This document shows, piece after piece, positions 28,210 through 38,191 of a stretch of DNA of 64,000 nt (its first letter is position 1; each line of letters begins with the position of its first letter). Position numbers and translations under genes: made by a program. Source of the stretch: an uncultured delta proteobacterium (GTDB lineage Bacteria; Desulfobacterota; Binatia; Binatales; Binataceae); contig CAWCDG010000004.1 in assembly GCA_963794325.1 (NCBI GenBank), positions 1,024,001-1,088,000 of the forward strand. Reading direction: 5' to 3'. Under the pieces are notes generated by a model. It was not told where the DNA came from. It made no database searches and was given only the letters and a program-made list of their open reading frames with translations.

Positions 28210-29526
28210 TTAGAACGAGGCCGCGCGGAACATCGCGTCGGTAGTGAAGAAGCTGCGATCGACGGCGCCCATATTGATGTACCAGCATTCGCGCTCAGGC
28301 GTCTCGAGGCCCGGCAGATAGCACATCGTCGCGAGGCCCGATTGCACGTCGGTCGAGACTGCGCCTACGACGAACGATCGCTTGAACGGATAGATTGCGA
28401 CCTTGGCGTCGGGCACCGGGCGGTCGCGAGTGGCCAGCCAATATATGTGGGAGCGGAAGAGGTGGCCGGCCTGATCGTAGGTGTCGATGTAAGGCTCGAA
28501 CCACATTTCGCTGTCCATGAAGATGACGGTGCGCGAATCAAGCGCGTTGACCCGCGAGCGATCGGGCAGCGCCTGCACGATGTACATGTGGCGCATCTCC
28601 CATGCCTCGGGGCATGCGCTGGCGCCGCCGTCGGTGGGGCATCGCTGCTCAGGCGAATGCTCGGCGTGGATAGTCGCGAGCATGTTCTTCTCGCCGAGGA
28701 ATTTGTAGTAGTACTGCTCGGTCTTGGGATTGAAGCCCGAGTAGTGATCCGGATCCCATGCATGAGCGGAAGTACCGCCGGCCGTGGTCGATGAGCTCAT
28801 GATGGACTCGTTGACGCGGCGGATGCGGCGCGAGCCCGCACTGAGGCTCCAGATGTCATCGCCACGTTTCGGATCGGCATAACGCCATCGGATGAAGCCG
28901 GTTCCTCGAATCTCCTGCGGAGAGAGGATTGGATACAGGCCGAACAGCCAATAGCGGCCGGTGGTCTTGAAATCCGGGTCGGTGGGTATCGGCTCGACTT
29001 CGGTGCGGCCGACGAGGTCATAGCCGGCGTAGTGTCCGATTTGGAAATACTCGATTTGGCCGGTCTGCGGGCCCTTCTTCTGATACTCGGAATCGCAGTC
29101 GTAGAAGCGCAGATCGTAGTCGTCCGAGGTGATTGGGCGGAACACGTTGTTCCAGATGACCTTGACGGCGACGTCGGGGTCGTTGGCGTCGATCAACGGG
29201 AACGGCTGACCGGCGACAAAGCCGACGATCGAGCGCTTATCCTGTGAGAGACGGACCTGCGAGGAATATTTTTCGGTCGCATCCTTGTAGGGAGGCGGCC
29301 AATCGACGCGCTGGGTGGGCACGATTTTCATCGACATGCCGCGCTCGACTTTGTAATAGACACCGGGGCCTACGAGATCTCTAACCTTGGTTGCATTCTC
29401 CGGCGTGATGAAATCGCCGGGTTTGACCTGAGCGAATCCTGGGGAGCATAGCGCGCCAATCGCTAGCACCACCAAGGCCGCAACGGTCGTCGTGATAGTT
29501 GACGAGAAAGTCTTCTGCCTACGCAT
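28210..29526 (-). CDS. DUF1329 family periplasmic/outer-membrane protein
   Basis: Signal peptide, PGDFIT.ENA, GQPFP, RRIRR motif. Confidence 0.85.
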   Translation of the reverse strand: MRRQKTFSSTITTTVAALVVLAIGALCSPGFAQVKPGDFITPENATKVRDLVGPGVYYKVERGMSMKIVPTQRVDWPPPYKDATEKYSSQVRLSQDKRSIVGFVAGQPFPLIDANDPDVAVKVIWNNVFRPITSDDYDLRFYDCDSEYQKKGPQTGQIEYFQIGHYAGYDLVGRTEVEPIPTDPDFKTTGRYWLFGLYPILSPQEIRGTGFIRWRYADPKRGDDIWSLSAGSRRIRRVNESIMSSSTTAGGTSAHAWDPDHYSGFNPKTEQYYYKFLGEKNMLATIHAEHSPEQRCPTDGGASACPEAWEMRHMYIVQALPDRSRVNALDSRTVIFMDSEMWFEPYIDTYDQAGHLFRSHIYWLATRDRPVPDAKVAIYPFKRSFVVGAVSTDVQSGLATMCYLPGLETPERECWYINMGAVDRSFFTTDAMFRAASF

Positions 29527-30137
29527 ACGATAGCCTCCCGAGCGGCGCGCGGCCGCTGTCTCGACCCTTAATTTGGGACATTAGGATCGAGGGATCAAAA
29601 TCGTCAATAATAATTGTGGGAGACCGCAAGAATAGGACGATACTAGTTATACGGTAGATGAGTATGGCTAATGGTCAATGCTGATTCAGTGGATTTAAGC
29701 ACCGACTACAGACTCCCTACTGGTCATTAGGCTGGGCTGCGCAAAGATCGTCGCAGACGCCTGTTTGTGCGATATTCTTCAGCCGACGTGCTGGTTTTAG
29801 GGAATCTCGGCGCATTGGCAACCAATCGACGGGTTTAAGAACGATCGCCCATGATCATTAGTATTATTGCGCGGATAGAGCTTGGTGCGTTCTCTATTAC
29901 AGTTTCGAGGGCAAATACCTCGTATCGCGCTGTAGGCAGTATTAGCTCAAATTCGCATAAGAGCTTCTGATCGCAGATCTCTGTCGAACTAACCGTTCGG
30001 TATTGCTCGTCTAACGGATGTTAGGACAGTGCTGCTTCCGTGATCTCGAGTTCATCGATAGACCCAGAACCGTACAGGTTCTGACTCAGCTTAGGACATT
30101 TTGCGTCTGTGCGGTGCCGTTTGATGGAGAAAACTGA

Positions 30138-30153
30138 TGGCACGCGCGGTGCT
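30138..30153 (+). promoter_or_regulatory. Sigma54 (-24/-12) promoter
   Basis: TGGCACGCGCGGTGCT with GG-N10-GC spacing, directly upstream of the Tad cassette and at the end of a 640-bp AT-richer intergenic region. Confidence 0.7.
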
Positions 30154-30212
30154 TTATACGTTGGAAAAAAAGAATGATGAGCAGCGGAGTTCAGCAGGCG
30201 AATCGCGAGGCA

Positions 30213-31475
30213 ATGAGTCGTGATGGCGCTATCAGAGTGTTTACAGCGGCGGCGGCGAGTGAGAGCGGCCAGGTGATGGTGCTGGTGTGCGTCGCGGTGT
30301 TTGCGCTGATGGGCATGATTGCGGTCGTCGCCGATTTCAGCTTCTTGCAGCATCAAAGGAACATGATGCAGACGGCGGCGGATAGCGCAGCGATGGCCGG
30401 CGCGGAGGAGTTGAATTACGGCGATCAGGTGGCGGCGGGCAAAGCGGACGCGGCCCGCAATGGTTACACCGACGGTGTGAGCACCGTCACGGTAAGCATC
30501 AACAATCCTCCGGCCTCGGGACCGAATACCGCGAACGCGGGGTATGTCGAGGCGATCGTCAGCAAGCCGGAGCCCACATATTTTCTGAGCGTGATCGGAA
30601 TCAACACGATGACCGTGTCAGTGCGCGCGGTCGCGTACATGGGCAGCGGCCCGAATTGCATCTATGTGATGGATCCGTCGGCCTCGAGTGCGATGTCGAA
30701 CAACGGCAACGTGACGCTGCTGAGCAGCTGCGGATTGCTGGTGAACTCGAGCGCGTCGAACGGTCTTGCGGTCAACGGCAGCGTGACGATCAGCGCGCCG
30801 ACCATTGGGGTGGTGGGCAACTACACGGTTAGCGGCGGCGCCAGTATTACACCGACACCGAAGACCGGGGTGATTGCAGCGTCCGATCCGTTGGCCTATC
30901 TGCAAGCGCCGACCGTCGGCTCATGCGCTCACACCAATTTTCGCCTGACCGGGACCAGTGGCAGCGTCGGCAGTCCGTATGAGCTCTACGCGGGCACCTA
31001 TTGCGGGGGAATTTCGGTCGGCGGCAACGCCTGGCTGCATTTCAATAGCGGGACGTATGTGCTGGCCGGGGGTGGAATGAACATTAGCGCCAACACAATC
31101 ATGACCGGCAGCAGCCTGACCTTTTACAACACAGCCGGAACCGGTGGTTACGGGCCAATCTCGATAAACGGCAACGCTACAGCGATCTTCAGCGCGCCGA
31201 CCTCCGGCTCACTGGCGGGAATCCTGTTCTTTCAGGATCGCTCGATCCCGAGCTCCGCGGCGGGCAGCACAATAAGCGGAAATTCGGCATCAACTTTCGA
31301 TGGCGCGGTCTATTTTCCGACCACCCAGGTTACTTTCAACGGGAACAGCAGCGTCAGTGGCTACAGTATCGTGGTGGCGGATCGGATGGTGCTGAGCGGC
31401 AACTCACAACTCGGCGACAATTATTCCTCGCTCGCCAACGGCTCACCGTTAAAAGCAACCACGCTGGCAGAATGA
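30213..31475 (+). CDS. TadG-like pilus assembly/tip protein, paralog 1
   Basis: G|QVMVLV prepilin-like N-terminus, QTAADSAAMAGA Tad motif, Gly/Asn/Ser-rich beta-helix-like C-terminus; ORF extends to 30174. Confidence 0.88.
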   Translation: MSRDGAIRVFTAAAASESGQVMVLVCVAVFALMGMIAVVADFSFLQHQRNMMQTAADSAAMAGAEELNYGDQVAAGKADAARNGYTDGVSTVTVSINNPPASGPNTANAGYVEAIVSKPEPTYFLSVIGINTMTVSVRAVAYMGSGPNCIYVMDPSASSAMSNNGNVTLLSSCGLLVNSSASNGLAVNGSVTISAPTIGVVGNYTVSGGASITPTPKTGVIAASDPLAYLQAPTVGSCAHTNFRLTGTSGSVGSPYELYAGTYCGGISVGGNAWLHFNSGTYVLAGGGMNISANTIMTGSSLTFYNTAGTGGYGPISINGNATAIFSAPTSGSLAGILFFQDRSIPSSAAGSTISGNSASTFDGAVYFPTTQVTFNGNSSVSGYSIVVADRMVLSGNSQLGDNYSSLANGSPLKATTLAE

Positions 31476-32716
31476 ATACGAACAACACTCTGATTGCGGC
31501 GGCGAGTGAGCGCGGACAAGTGATGGTGCTGGTTTGCGTCTCGCTGATCGCGCTGATGGGCATGATTGCCATCGTCACCGACTTCAGCTTCATGCAGCAT
31601 CAAAAGAACATGATGCAGACCGCGGCGGACAGTGCGGCGATGGCCGGCGCGGAGGAGTTGAATTACGGCGATCAGCTGGCGGCGGGCAAAGCGGACGCGG
31701 CCCGCAATGGTTACACCGACGGCGCTAATAGCGTCACGGTAACCATCAACAATCCTCCTACCTCGGGGCCGAATACGGCCAACTCGGCGTACGTCGAGGC
31801 GATCGTGAGCAAGCCGCAGCCGACATATTTTCTACGCGTGCTCGGGGTCAGCACGATGACGGTGTCGACGCGGGCAGTGGCGTACGAGGGCAACGGTCCC
31901 AACTGCATTTACGCATTGGATCCATCGGCGCCGAGCGCGTTATCGGGTAGCGGCAATTCGACCGTAAGTAGCGGTTGCGGGGTGCTGGTCGATTCGAGCG
32001 CCTCGAATGGCCTGGCGCTCAGCGGCAACGCCACAATGACCGCGCCGAGCATCGGGGTGGTGGGTGGTTACACCGGCGGCGGCAGCTCTACCTATACACC
32101 GACGCCGAAGACCGCGGTGATAGCGGCGTCCGATCCGCTGGCCTATGTGCAGGCGCCGACCGTCGGCTCGTGCGCCCATACTAATTTTTCGCTGAGCAAC
32201 TCTGGAACCAGCAGCAGTTACTCCCAAGTTTATGCCGGAACATATTGCGGCGGGATCCAGATCACGAACGGGTACACGCATTTCAACGCCGGGACTTACG
32301 TACTCGCTGGCGGCGGGCTGTCGGAAAATGGACACCCGACGATGAGCGGCACGGGAATAACATTTTACAACACCACTGGAACCGGCGGTTACCAGCCAAT
32401 TGCGTTGACTGGAAACACGACGGTGAATTTCAGTGCGCCGACCTCGGGAGCGCTGGCGGGAATCCTGTTCTTTCAGGATCGGTCGATACCGGGCAGCGCG
32501 GCGGGCAGTACATTAAACGGCACTTCGACCTCGACCTACGACGGCGCACTCTACTTCCCGACGACCACGCTTACGTTGGGCGGGAACAGCAGCGCCAACG
32601 GCTATATGATCGTGGTCGCAGACAAGATTTCGCTTGGCGGCAACGCGTCGCTTGGCATCAACTATTCGTCGTTGAGTAACGGCTCACCGATCAAAGGAAC
32701 GGTGCTGGCCGAATGA
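31472..32716 (+). CDS. TadG-like protein, paralog 2
   Basis: Same architecture; 4-nt overlap with paralog 1. Confidence 0.88.
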   Translation: MNTNNTLIAAASERGQVMVLVCVSLIALMGMIAIVTDFSFMQHQKNMMQTAADSAAMAGAEELNYGDQLAAGKADAARNGYTDGANSVTVTINNPPTSGPNTANSAYVEAIVSKPQPTYFLRVLGVSTMTVSTRAVAYEGNGPNCIYALDPSAPSALSGSGNSTVSSGCGVLVDSSASNGLALSGNATMTAPSIGVVGGYTGGGSSTYTPTPKTAVIAASDPLAYVQAPTVGSCAHTNFSLSNSGTSSSYSQVYAGTYCGGIQITNGYTHFNAGTYVLAGGGLSENGHPTMSGTGITFYNTTGTGGYQPIALTGNTTVNFSAPTSGALAGILFFQDRSIPGSAAGSTLNGTSTSTYDGALYFPTTTLTLGGNSSANGYMIVVADKISLGGNASLGINYSSLSNGSPIKGTVLAE

Positions 32717-33963
32717 ATACGAACAAGACCCGGATGTTGGACCCGCGCGCGCCGGGGCAGGTGATGGTGCTGATCTGCGTATCGCTGGTCGCGTTGATGG
32801 GCATGATTGGGGTCGTGACCGACTTCAGCTTCATGCAGCATCAAAGGAACATGATGCAGACCGCGGCGGACAGCGCGGCGATGGCCGGCTCCCAGGAACT
32901 GAGTTATGGCGACATGGCGGCGGCGGGCAAAGCGGACGCGGCCAGGAACGGGTACACCGACGGCACCAGCAGTGTCACGGTGACGATCAACAATCCGCCG
33001 AGCAGCGGACCGTACGCGGCGAACTCGGCGTACGTCGAGGCGATCGTCAGCAAGCCCGAGCCGACTTATTTTATGCGCGCGCTCGGGGTCGGCACGCTGA
33101 CCGTGTCGGCGCGCGCGGTGGCGTATGAGGGCAGCGGGCCGAATTGCATCTACGTGTTAAATCCGTCGGCCCCGTCGGCGTTCTCTGCCAACGGCAATGT
33201 TGACGTGAACAGCAGCTGCGGCTTGCTGGTGGACTCGAGCTCGTCGACTGGTTTGTCGGTCGTCGGCAACGTCCAGATCACCGCGCCGAGCATCGGCGTC
33301 ACGGGGGGATACAGCTCCGGCGGCAATTCGAGCCTTACGCCCACGCCGAAGACCGGGGTGATTCCGGCATCCGATCCGCTTTCCAACCTGCAGGCGCCGA
33401 CGGTCGGTTCATGCGCTCATACCAATTTTTCGCTTAACGGGAACAGCGGCAGCAGCGGCAGTCCCTATCAGCTCTATGCTGGAACCTATTGCGGCGGAAT
33501 CAGCGTCAATGGGAATGCCGTGCTGCATTTCAACGCGGGAACTTACGTGCTCGCTGGCGGCGGCATGAGCATCAGCTCCAACACCACAATGAGCGGCACT
33601 GGAGTGACCTTTTACAACACGACCGGCACCGGGGGTTACGGGGGAATTTCGTTCGGCGGCAACAGCACCGTAAATTTAAGTGCGCCCACCTCGGGGCCGC
33701 TGACCGGAATCCTGTTTTTTCAGGATCGATCGATCCCGACCAGCGGCGCGGCCAGCACCTTCACCGGAAATTCGAGTTCGACTTTCGACGGCGCGATCTA
33801 CTTCCCGACGACTAGCCTCAGCTTCCATGGGAACAGCAGCTCCAACGGCTACAGCATCCTGGTGGCGTACCAGTTGACGCTGAGTGGCAACGACTCCCTC
33901 GGCTCCAACTACACCTCGTTGACCGGCGGTTCGCCAATCAAAGGAACGGTGCTGGCCGAGTGA
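32713..33963 (+). CDS. TadG-like protein, paralog 3
   Basis: Same architecture; 4-nt overlap. Confidence 0.88.
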   Translation: MNTNKTRMLDPRAPGQVMVLICVSLVALMGMIGVVTDFSFMQHQRNMMQTAADSAAMAGSQELSYGDMAAAGKADAARNGYTDGTSSVTVTINNPPSSGPYAANSAYVEAIVSKPEPTYFMRALGVGTLTVSARAVAYEGSGPNCIYVLNPSAPSAFSANGNVDVNSSCGLLVDSSSSTGLSVVGNVQITAPSIGVTGGYSSGGNSSLTPTPKTGVIPASDPLSNLQAPTVGSCAHTNFSLNGNSGSSGSPYQLYAGTYCGGISVNGNAVLHFNAGTYVLAGGGMSISSNTTMSGTGVTFYNTTGTGGYGGISFGGNSTVNLSAPTSGPLTGILFFQDRSIPTSGAASTFTGNSSSTFDGAIYFPTTSLSFHGNSSSNGYSILVAYQLTLSGNDSLGSNYTSLTGGSPIKGTVLAE

Positions 33964-34433
33964 ATTCAACCGGCAAATCAGGTTGGATGCGGCGCCGTGG
34001 CGGCGGACGGCGGCGTCGCGGGCAGGCGTCGGTCGAGCTGGCGCTGAGTCTGCCGCTGTTGCTGATGATGTTCCTGGTAGTGGTGGAAACCGGCCGCGCA
34101 TTCTACATCGCGATTTCGGTCGCCAACGCGGCGCGGGCCGGGGTTCAATACGGTTCGCAGAACCTGTCGACCGCTGCCGACAATGCGGGGATGCAGTCAG
34201 CGGCGGCCAACGATGCGCCGAATCTCACCGGCATGACGGCGGTCGCGACTCATTTCTGCAAATGCTCCGACGGCACGGCGTCGACCTGCCTGGCGACCGA
34301 TTGCGCCGGCAGCCATCGGCTGCTGTACACGCAGGTCAATACCAGCGCGTCGTACACGCCGCTGATCAATTTCATGGGAATCCTGCCGCCGATTACCGTG
34401 CCGGGCAAAGCAATCATGCGCGTAGTTCAATGA
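33960..34433 (+). CDS. TadE/TadF-like pseudopilin
   Basis: RGQASVELAL, NAARAGVQY. Confidence 0.9.
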   Translation: MNSTGKSGWMRRRGGGRRRRGQASVELALSLPLLLMMFLVVVETGRAFYIAISVANAARAGVQYGSQNLSTAADNAGMQSAAANDAPNLTGMTAVATHFCKCSDGTASTCLATDCAGSHRLLYTQVNTSASYTPLINFMGILPPITVPGKAIMRVVQ

Positions 34434-34876
34434 AGCGCGGCGGCCTCAAGCAATGGTGGCGGCGATTGCGTGATGCGGCGCGCCGATCGAATCCGGCACA
34501 GGCGGTGGCCGAGTTCGCGCTGGTGCTGACGCCGTGTCTGGCGCTGTTTTTCGGCGTGATCAACTTTGCGCTGGCGCTCTACAGTTACGATTTCGTTTGT
34601 TACAGCGCACAGCAGGCGGTCCGGTATGCAACGGTCCACGGCTCGACGGCAACCACAGTGGTGTCCGCGACCGACGTTCACAACTATGTGAACTCGTTGG
34701 TGGTCGGCGTGCTGAAGACGAGTTCGCTGACCGTCAACACGACCTGGTCTCCAAACAACAAGCCCGGGAGCATCGTGACCGTGGTGGTCAGCTACAATTT
34801 CCCGCCGCTGACAAGCCTGGTTTCGTCGGTCACGATCCCGCTGACCCGCACCGCCGCGATGGTGATTACGCAGTAG
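34430..34876 (+). CDS. TadE-like pseudopilin
   Basis: AQAVAEFALV, AQQAVRYA; start ATG at 34430 overlaps the previous stop. Confidence 0.88.
   Translation: MKRGGLKQWWRRLRDAARRSNPAQAVAEFALVLTPCLALFFGVINFALALYSYDFVCYSAQQAVRYATVHGSTATTVVSATDVHNYVNSLVVGVLKTSSLTVNTTWSPNNKPGSIVTVVVSYNFPPLTSLVSSVTIPLTRTAAMVITQ
34842..34876 (+). repeat. 35-bp direct repeat, left copy (3' end of tadE)
   Basis: TGACCCGCACCGCCGCGATGGTGATTACGCAGTAG; 34/35 identical to 35573-35607. Confidence 0.9.
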
Positions 34877-34976
34877 GGATCGCGGTTTGATCACGAGCTC
34901 GGTTGTCGTTCTTCGCGTTGCACTGGATGGTGGAAATTTCCGCAACCAGCGGTCACTTGACCGATGATCAGGAAAC

Positions 34977-35468
34977 TCAGGAAGGTGGCAGGGGCTCCTG
35001 CGGAGCTGCTCGCTGCATCATTTGTTCCGCCACCGCTTGCGGAACTAGCGTGATGCCGCCTTGGCCGAAGGCGCCCTCAGCACGGCCGGCACCGCTGACG
35101 AATGATGGCACGGCAGGCGCACCGATGCCGACATCTCTAGAGCTGATCCCGCCGACGTGCAGGTAGACCGTCTGGCCGGGTTGCACGTTGACCGGAACGG
35201 TGCCAGGGCCTTGGGCGCGCGTTCCTGATCCGGCGGAGAAGTTGTGGGCGCCGGGGCGTATGGTCACCTTGGCGTAGTGTCCCCCGTTCATCATCGCGAT
35301 CACCTGGTCACCGTCCTGCACCGAGAGCTTCGCGTTGGCAAAGTCCGTATCAACGATGACTGCGATAGCGGACGCGGCGTCGGCCGGATAGCTCGGCGGT
35401 GTCGACTGCCCGCCGCATCCGAGGAGCGCGGTGAGCGCGGCAACCATCACGAAAGTGTGGAGTTTCAT
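34977..35468 (-). CDS. Lipoprotein, DUF2846-like
   Basis: Lipobox LLGC, GHY.....PG.H.F, V.PGQTVY. Confidence 0.75.
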   Translation of the reverse strand: MKLHTFVMVAALTALLGCGGQSTPPSYPADAASAIAVIVDTDFANAKLSVQDGDQVIAMMNGGHYAKVTIRPGAHNFSAGSGTRAQGPGTVPVNVQPGQTVYLHVGGISSRDVGIGAPAVPSFVSGAGRAEGAFGQGGITLVPQAVAEQMMQRAAPQEPLPPS

Positions 35469-35572
35469 TTTTCTCGGAATTTTTTTGAAACCCTGATTGA
35501 GACTCACACGACACCAAGCCGTTTGCAAACTCGAAGTTCGGCGAAGTCGCGGCAGTAAAAGCGAGGCCAGTA

Positions 35573-35607
35573 TGACCCGCACCGCCGCGACGGTGATTAC
35601 GCAGTAG
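35573..35607 (+). repeat. 35-bp direct repeat, right copy
   Basis: TGACCCGCACCGCCGCGACGGTGATTACGCAGTAG. Confidence 0.9.
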
Positions 35608-35640
35608 CATGACGTCCCGCAAATATCTTTAAGAACGGAG

Positions 35641-35747
35641 CCCTAACCCTGGCCCCTTCCCCAGCAAAGGGGAAGGGGATTTGAAGTAGCTATTCCGCCA
35701 CGTCCTATCCCCCTCACCCCCTTTCCCGCGGGAAAGGGGGAACAGAA
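35641..35747 (+). repeat. Repeat B variant plus B'
   Basis: 35701-35747 is nearly identical to 16842-16888. Confidence 0.8.
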
Positions 35748-35910
35748 GCTTCGCTGAGACTTGAAAGCGCGGTGGGTGGCTGTTCCATAACGAATCGAAC
35801 CTAGACCATTTGTTTGTGGGACACGACACTAGCGATCGAAAAACATCTTGAGCAATTAATCACATCATGATATGATGAGTTAAATAGAGAAGCAAAACTG
35901 GCGACAGTCA

Positions 35911-36255
35911 ATGAAGGCCAGACCCGACTATGAACTGGAAACGCTTCTGGAGCTTGATGGCTTCGAGTTCGACTTCGCTAAGAAATACGTCGTCAAATTC
36001 GAAGCGCGCCGGGTTGCGGCTACGAAGGGCCGCCCATCGGGGATCAAATATAGCCTCACGCTGCACGACCCAAAGAGAAAGAGGATTTACGGAATCGATA
36101 ACGCGCACAAGACGGGACGGCGGCGCGAATTTGACCATCGCCATCCGCATCGATCCGCCAGGCTCGTCGTCTACGAATATCGCGGCCCGGCGGACCTGCT
36201 TGAAGACTTTTTCGGGGAAGTCGAGCGAATCCTGAAAGAACGAGGTGTCCTGTGA
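35911..36255 (+). CDS. DUF6516/TumE-like toxin-antitoxin protein
   Basis: P.GIKYSLTL, GIDNAH, DHRH motifs. Confidence 0.8.
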   Translation: MKARPDYELETLLELDGFEFDFAKKYVVKFEARRVAATKGRPSGIKYSLTLHDPKRKRIYGIDNAHKTGRRREFDHRHPHRSARLVVYEYRGPADLLEDFFGEVERILKERGVL

Positions 36256-36674
36256 AGAAGCGCACGCGAAAGCCCGGGACCTTCAAGACGGGAAGCTTTC
36301 GGGAATTCAAAGAATTTACGCTTGGCGTGGTGCGAGGGAAACGCAAGGTAGATCCGAGGGATCCCAAAATCTGGGTCGAAGCGATTGACTCCTCGGAACA
36401 GAGAGCCACTCAGATTCAATTCCAGTCGCTGGAAGCTGGTGTCAAGCTTCTGTCGCCGAAGAACCGCGCTCTGTTGCGCACGATCGCAGATCGGCGGCCG
36501 AAATCGGTCAGCGAACTTGCCATTCTGACCCACCGCGCTGAACAGAACCTTCTGCGGACCCTACACAAGATGTCGGAGGCGGGCCTCGTTCGCCTCGATA
36601 GAGGCGAGGGCCGCTCCTACCAGCCTGTCGTGACAGCGCGAACAGTCCATTTCGAAATCGACCTTCTGGGTTGA
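36252..36674 (+). CDS. HTH DNA-binding protein (HVO_A0114/TumA-like antitoxin)
   Basis: LLSPKNRALL..I....PKSVSELA...R...NL.RTL; 4-nt overlap with the upstream gene. Confidence 0.8.
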   Translation: MKKRTRKPGTFKTGSFREFKEFTLGVVRGKRKVDPRDPKIWVEAIDSSEQRATQIQFQSLEAGVKLLSPKNRALLRTIADRRPKSVSELAILTHRAEQNLLRTLHKMSEAGLVRLDRGEGRSYQPVVTARTVHFEIDLLG

Positions 36675-36680
36675 GCAGCT

Positions 36681-38027
36681 TCAGAAATAGATCGGATCGA
36701 CGTACAGGCCATGGTCTTGACTGTCAGGCGGTTCAGCGATTCCCGGAGTCCACATGTTGAACGGCTCGACCTCGCGTGCGAGGGAGCGAAGGACCTCTAC
36801 TCCTGGCGATGACGGCGAGCTGAAAATCGACAGTGTGTCCATGCCGCTTTTGTGAATCCATCCGCACGCGGCCCGCAGCAGTGCTTCGAACTCGCGCTCC
36901 GCGCCGGGCTTGAATGCGTAATCGAGCACCACTCCGCGCAGAGATTCTGTGCGCACGCCGTTGGTCTCTGACACTACCCTCAGCGATTTGCCGGCCGGCC
37001 ACACACCGACAATCGCGCCGTCGGTCATCCATACTTTGTCCCACGAATATAGTTCGGGCGCGCGTTCCATCCGTGCGCGCAGAGACTCGACGGTGTACGG
37101 CACGTACATCTCCTCGCGTCCGTGAAACGAGTTCAGCAACTGGACGATCGTGGGCGCGTCGGCGGACGTGGCGATGCGTCCAGCCGCGGGACCAGCGAGC
37201 GCGGCGCATCCCAACTGAACCCGAAACGCGAGGATGCTCCACTTGTTCGGCGTGTTGATGAATCCGTGCTGCATGCCGGCGTTGTCCACCGAAATGTAGG
37301 CGTGCGAGCCGTCGACGGTCTTCCAGTACTTGTCGAGGATTCGATTCGCGGCACCCCAAAGGCCCTTGCGCTGATGCTCGGGCAGGACGCGCAGATGCAC
37401 GACCGTCACGATCGGGCGGATGACTCCGCCGATTCGCACTCGATGTTTGGTGCCGCAGCTGACCGCGGCGGGAATTCCGTCAACCGACGCGATTCCGATG
37501 GCGCAATCCTCCATCAGCCGCGCGAAGGCGAAATAATCCGTTCCGCGATCGAAGTGGACGTGAGTATCGCCAAGCACGATTGGGCATCGGCGCTCGATGT
37601 CCGCGAGGATCGGCGCGTCGGCCTCGGTCGCTTCGCGAACCTCGAGCTTGAACTCGAACTGCCGCTCCCAGTTGAGGAGCGAAATACGATGAGGCGGATC
37701 AGGTTCGACTTCGACTGATAGCTGCCACTTGCGGTTCTTGGCCGCGGTGATTCGCGCGTCGATCTTGAATTCGGATCGCTCTTCGACCGACAACTCCGAT
37801 ATTTCACCCATCCGGGCGGCGAACCCGCGCCAACCCTCGCGTTCCTGGTCGTCGCTTTCGAATGGGCCCATCCGCGGCGCGAACTCGGGAGTGTAGCGCT
37901 CGCGATCGGCAATCGAGGCGCCCGCGCCCGCCGACAGAAGCAACCCGAGGTACCATTTCAGCTGTCGGCCAGCCTGAGAGTCGGGAATATCCTTAAGCAA
38001 TGCCGGCGCGCTATTCATTTCAATCAT
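36681..38027 (-). CDS. Hypothetical protein with a central GNAT acetyltransferase domain
   Basis: VREATEADA, HLRVLPEHQRKGL acetyl-CoA motif A. Confidence 0.7.
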   Translation of the reverse strand: MIEMNSAPALLKDIPDSQAGRQLKWYLGLLLSAGAGASIADRERYTPEFAPRMGPFESDDQEREGWRGFAARMGEISELSVEERSEFKIDARITAAKNRKWQLSVEVEPDPPHRISLLNWERQFEFKLEVREATEADAPILADIERRCPIVLGDTHVHFDRGTDYFAFARLMEDCAIGIASVDGIPAAVSCGTKHRVRIGGVIRPIVTVVHLRVLPEHQRKGLWGAANRILDKYWKTVDGSHAYISVDNAGMQHGFINTPNKWSILAFRVQLGCAALAGPAAGRIATSADAPTIVQLLNSFHGREEMYVPYTVESLRARMERAPELYSWDKVWMTDGAIVGVWPAGKSLRVVSETNGVRTESLRGVVLDYAFKPGAEREFEALLRAACGWIHKSGMDTLSIFSSPSSPGVEVLRSLAREVEPFNMWTPGIAEPPDSQDHGLYVDPIYF

Positions 38028-38191
38028 CGCTCGCTCATGCCGCAGAAGAAAAAGAGCACTCGATAAGAAGGTTCTCTATAACCCTGAGGGTCGCTTGAAT
38101 CCAGCGTGCGCGGCGGCGGCATCGCGGACACAAAGATGAATCATATTCATTTTTCTTGACATAGGAGGCGTGTTGCGGCATAAACATCTCA

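Noticed and set aside
30213-33963. TadG triplet as diversity-generating retroelement template/variable repeats
   Set aside because: Differences are not adenine-specific, all three are full ORFs, and no reverse transcriptase is in the window
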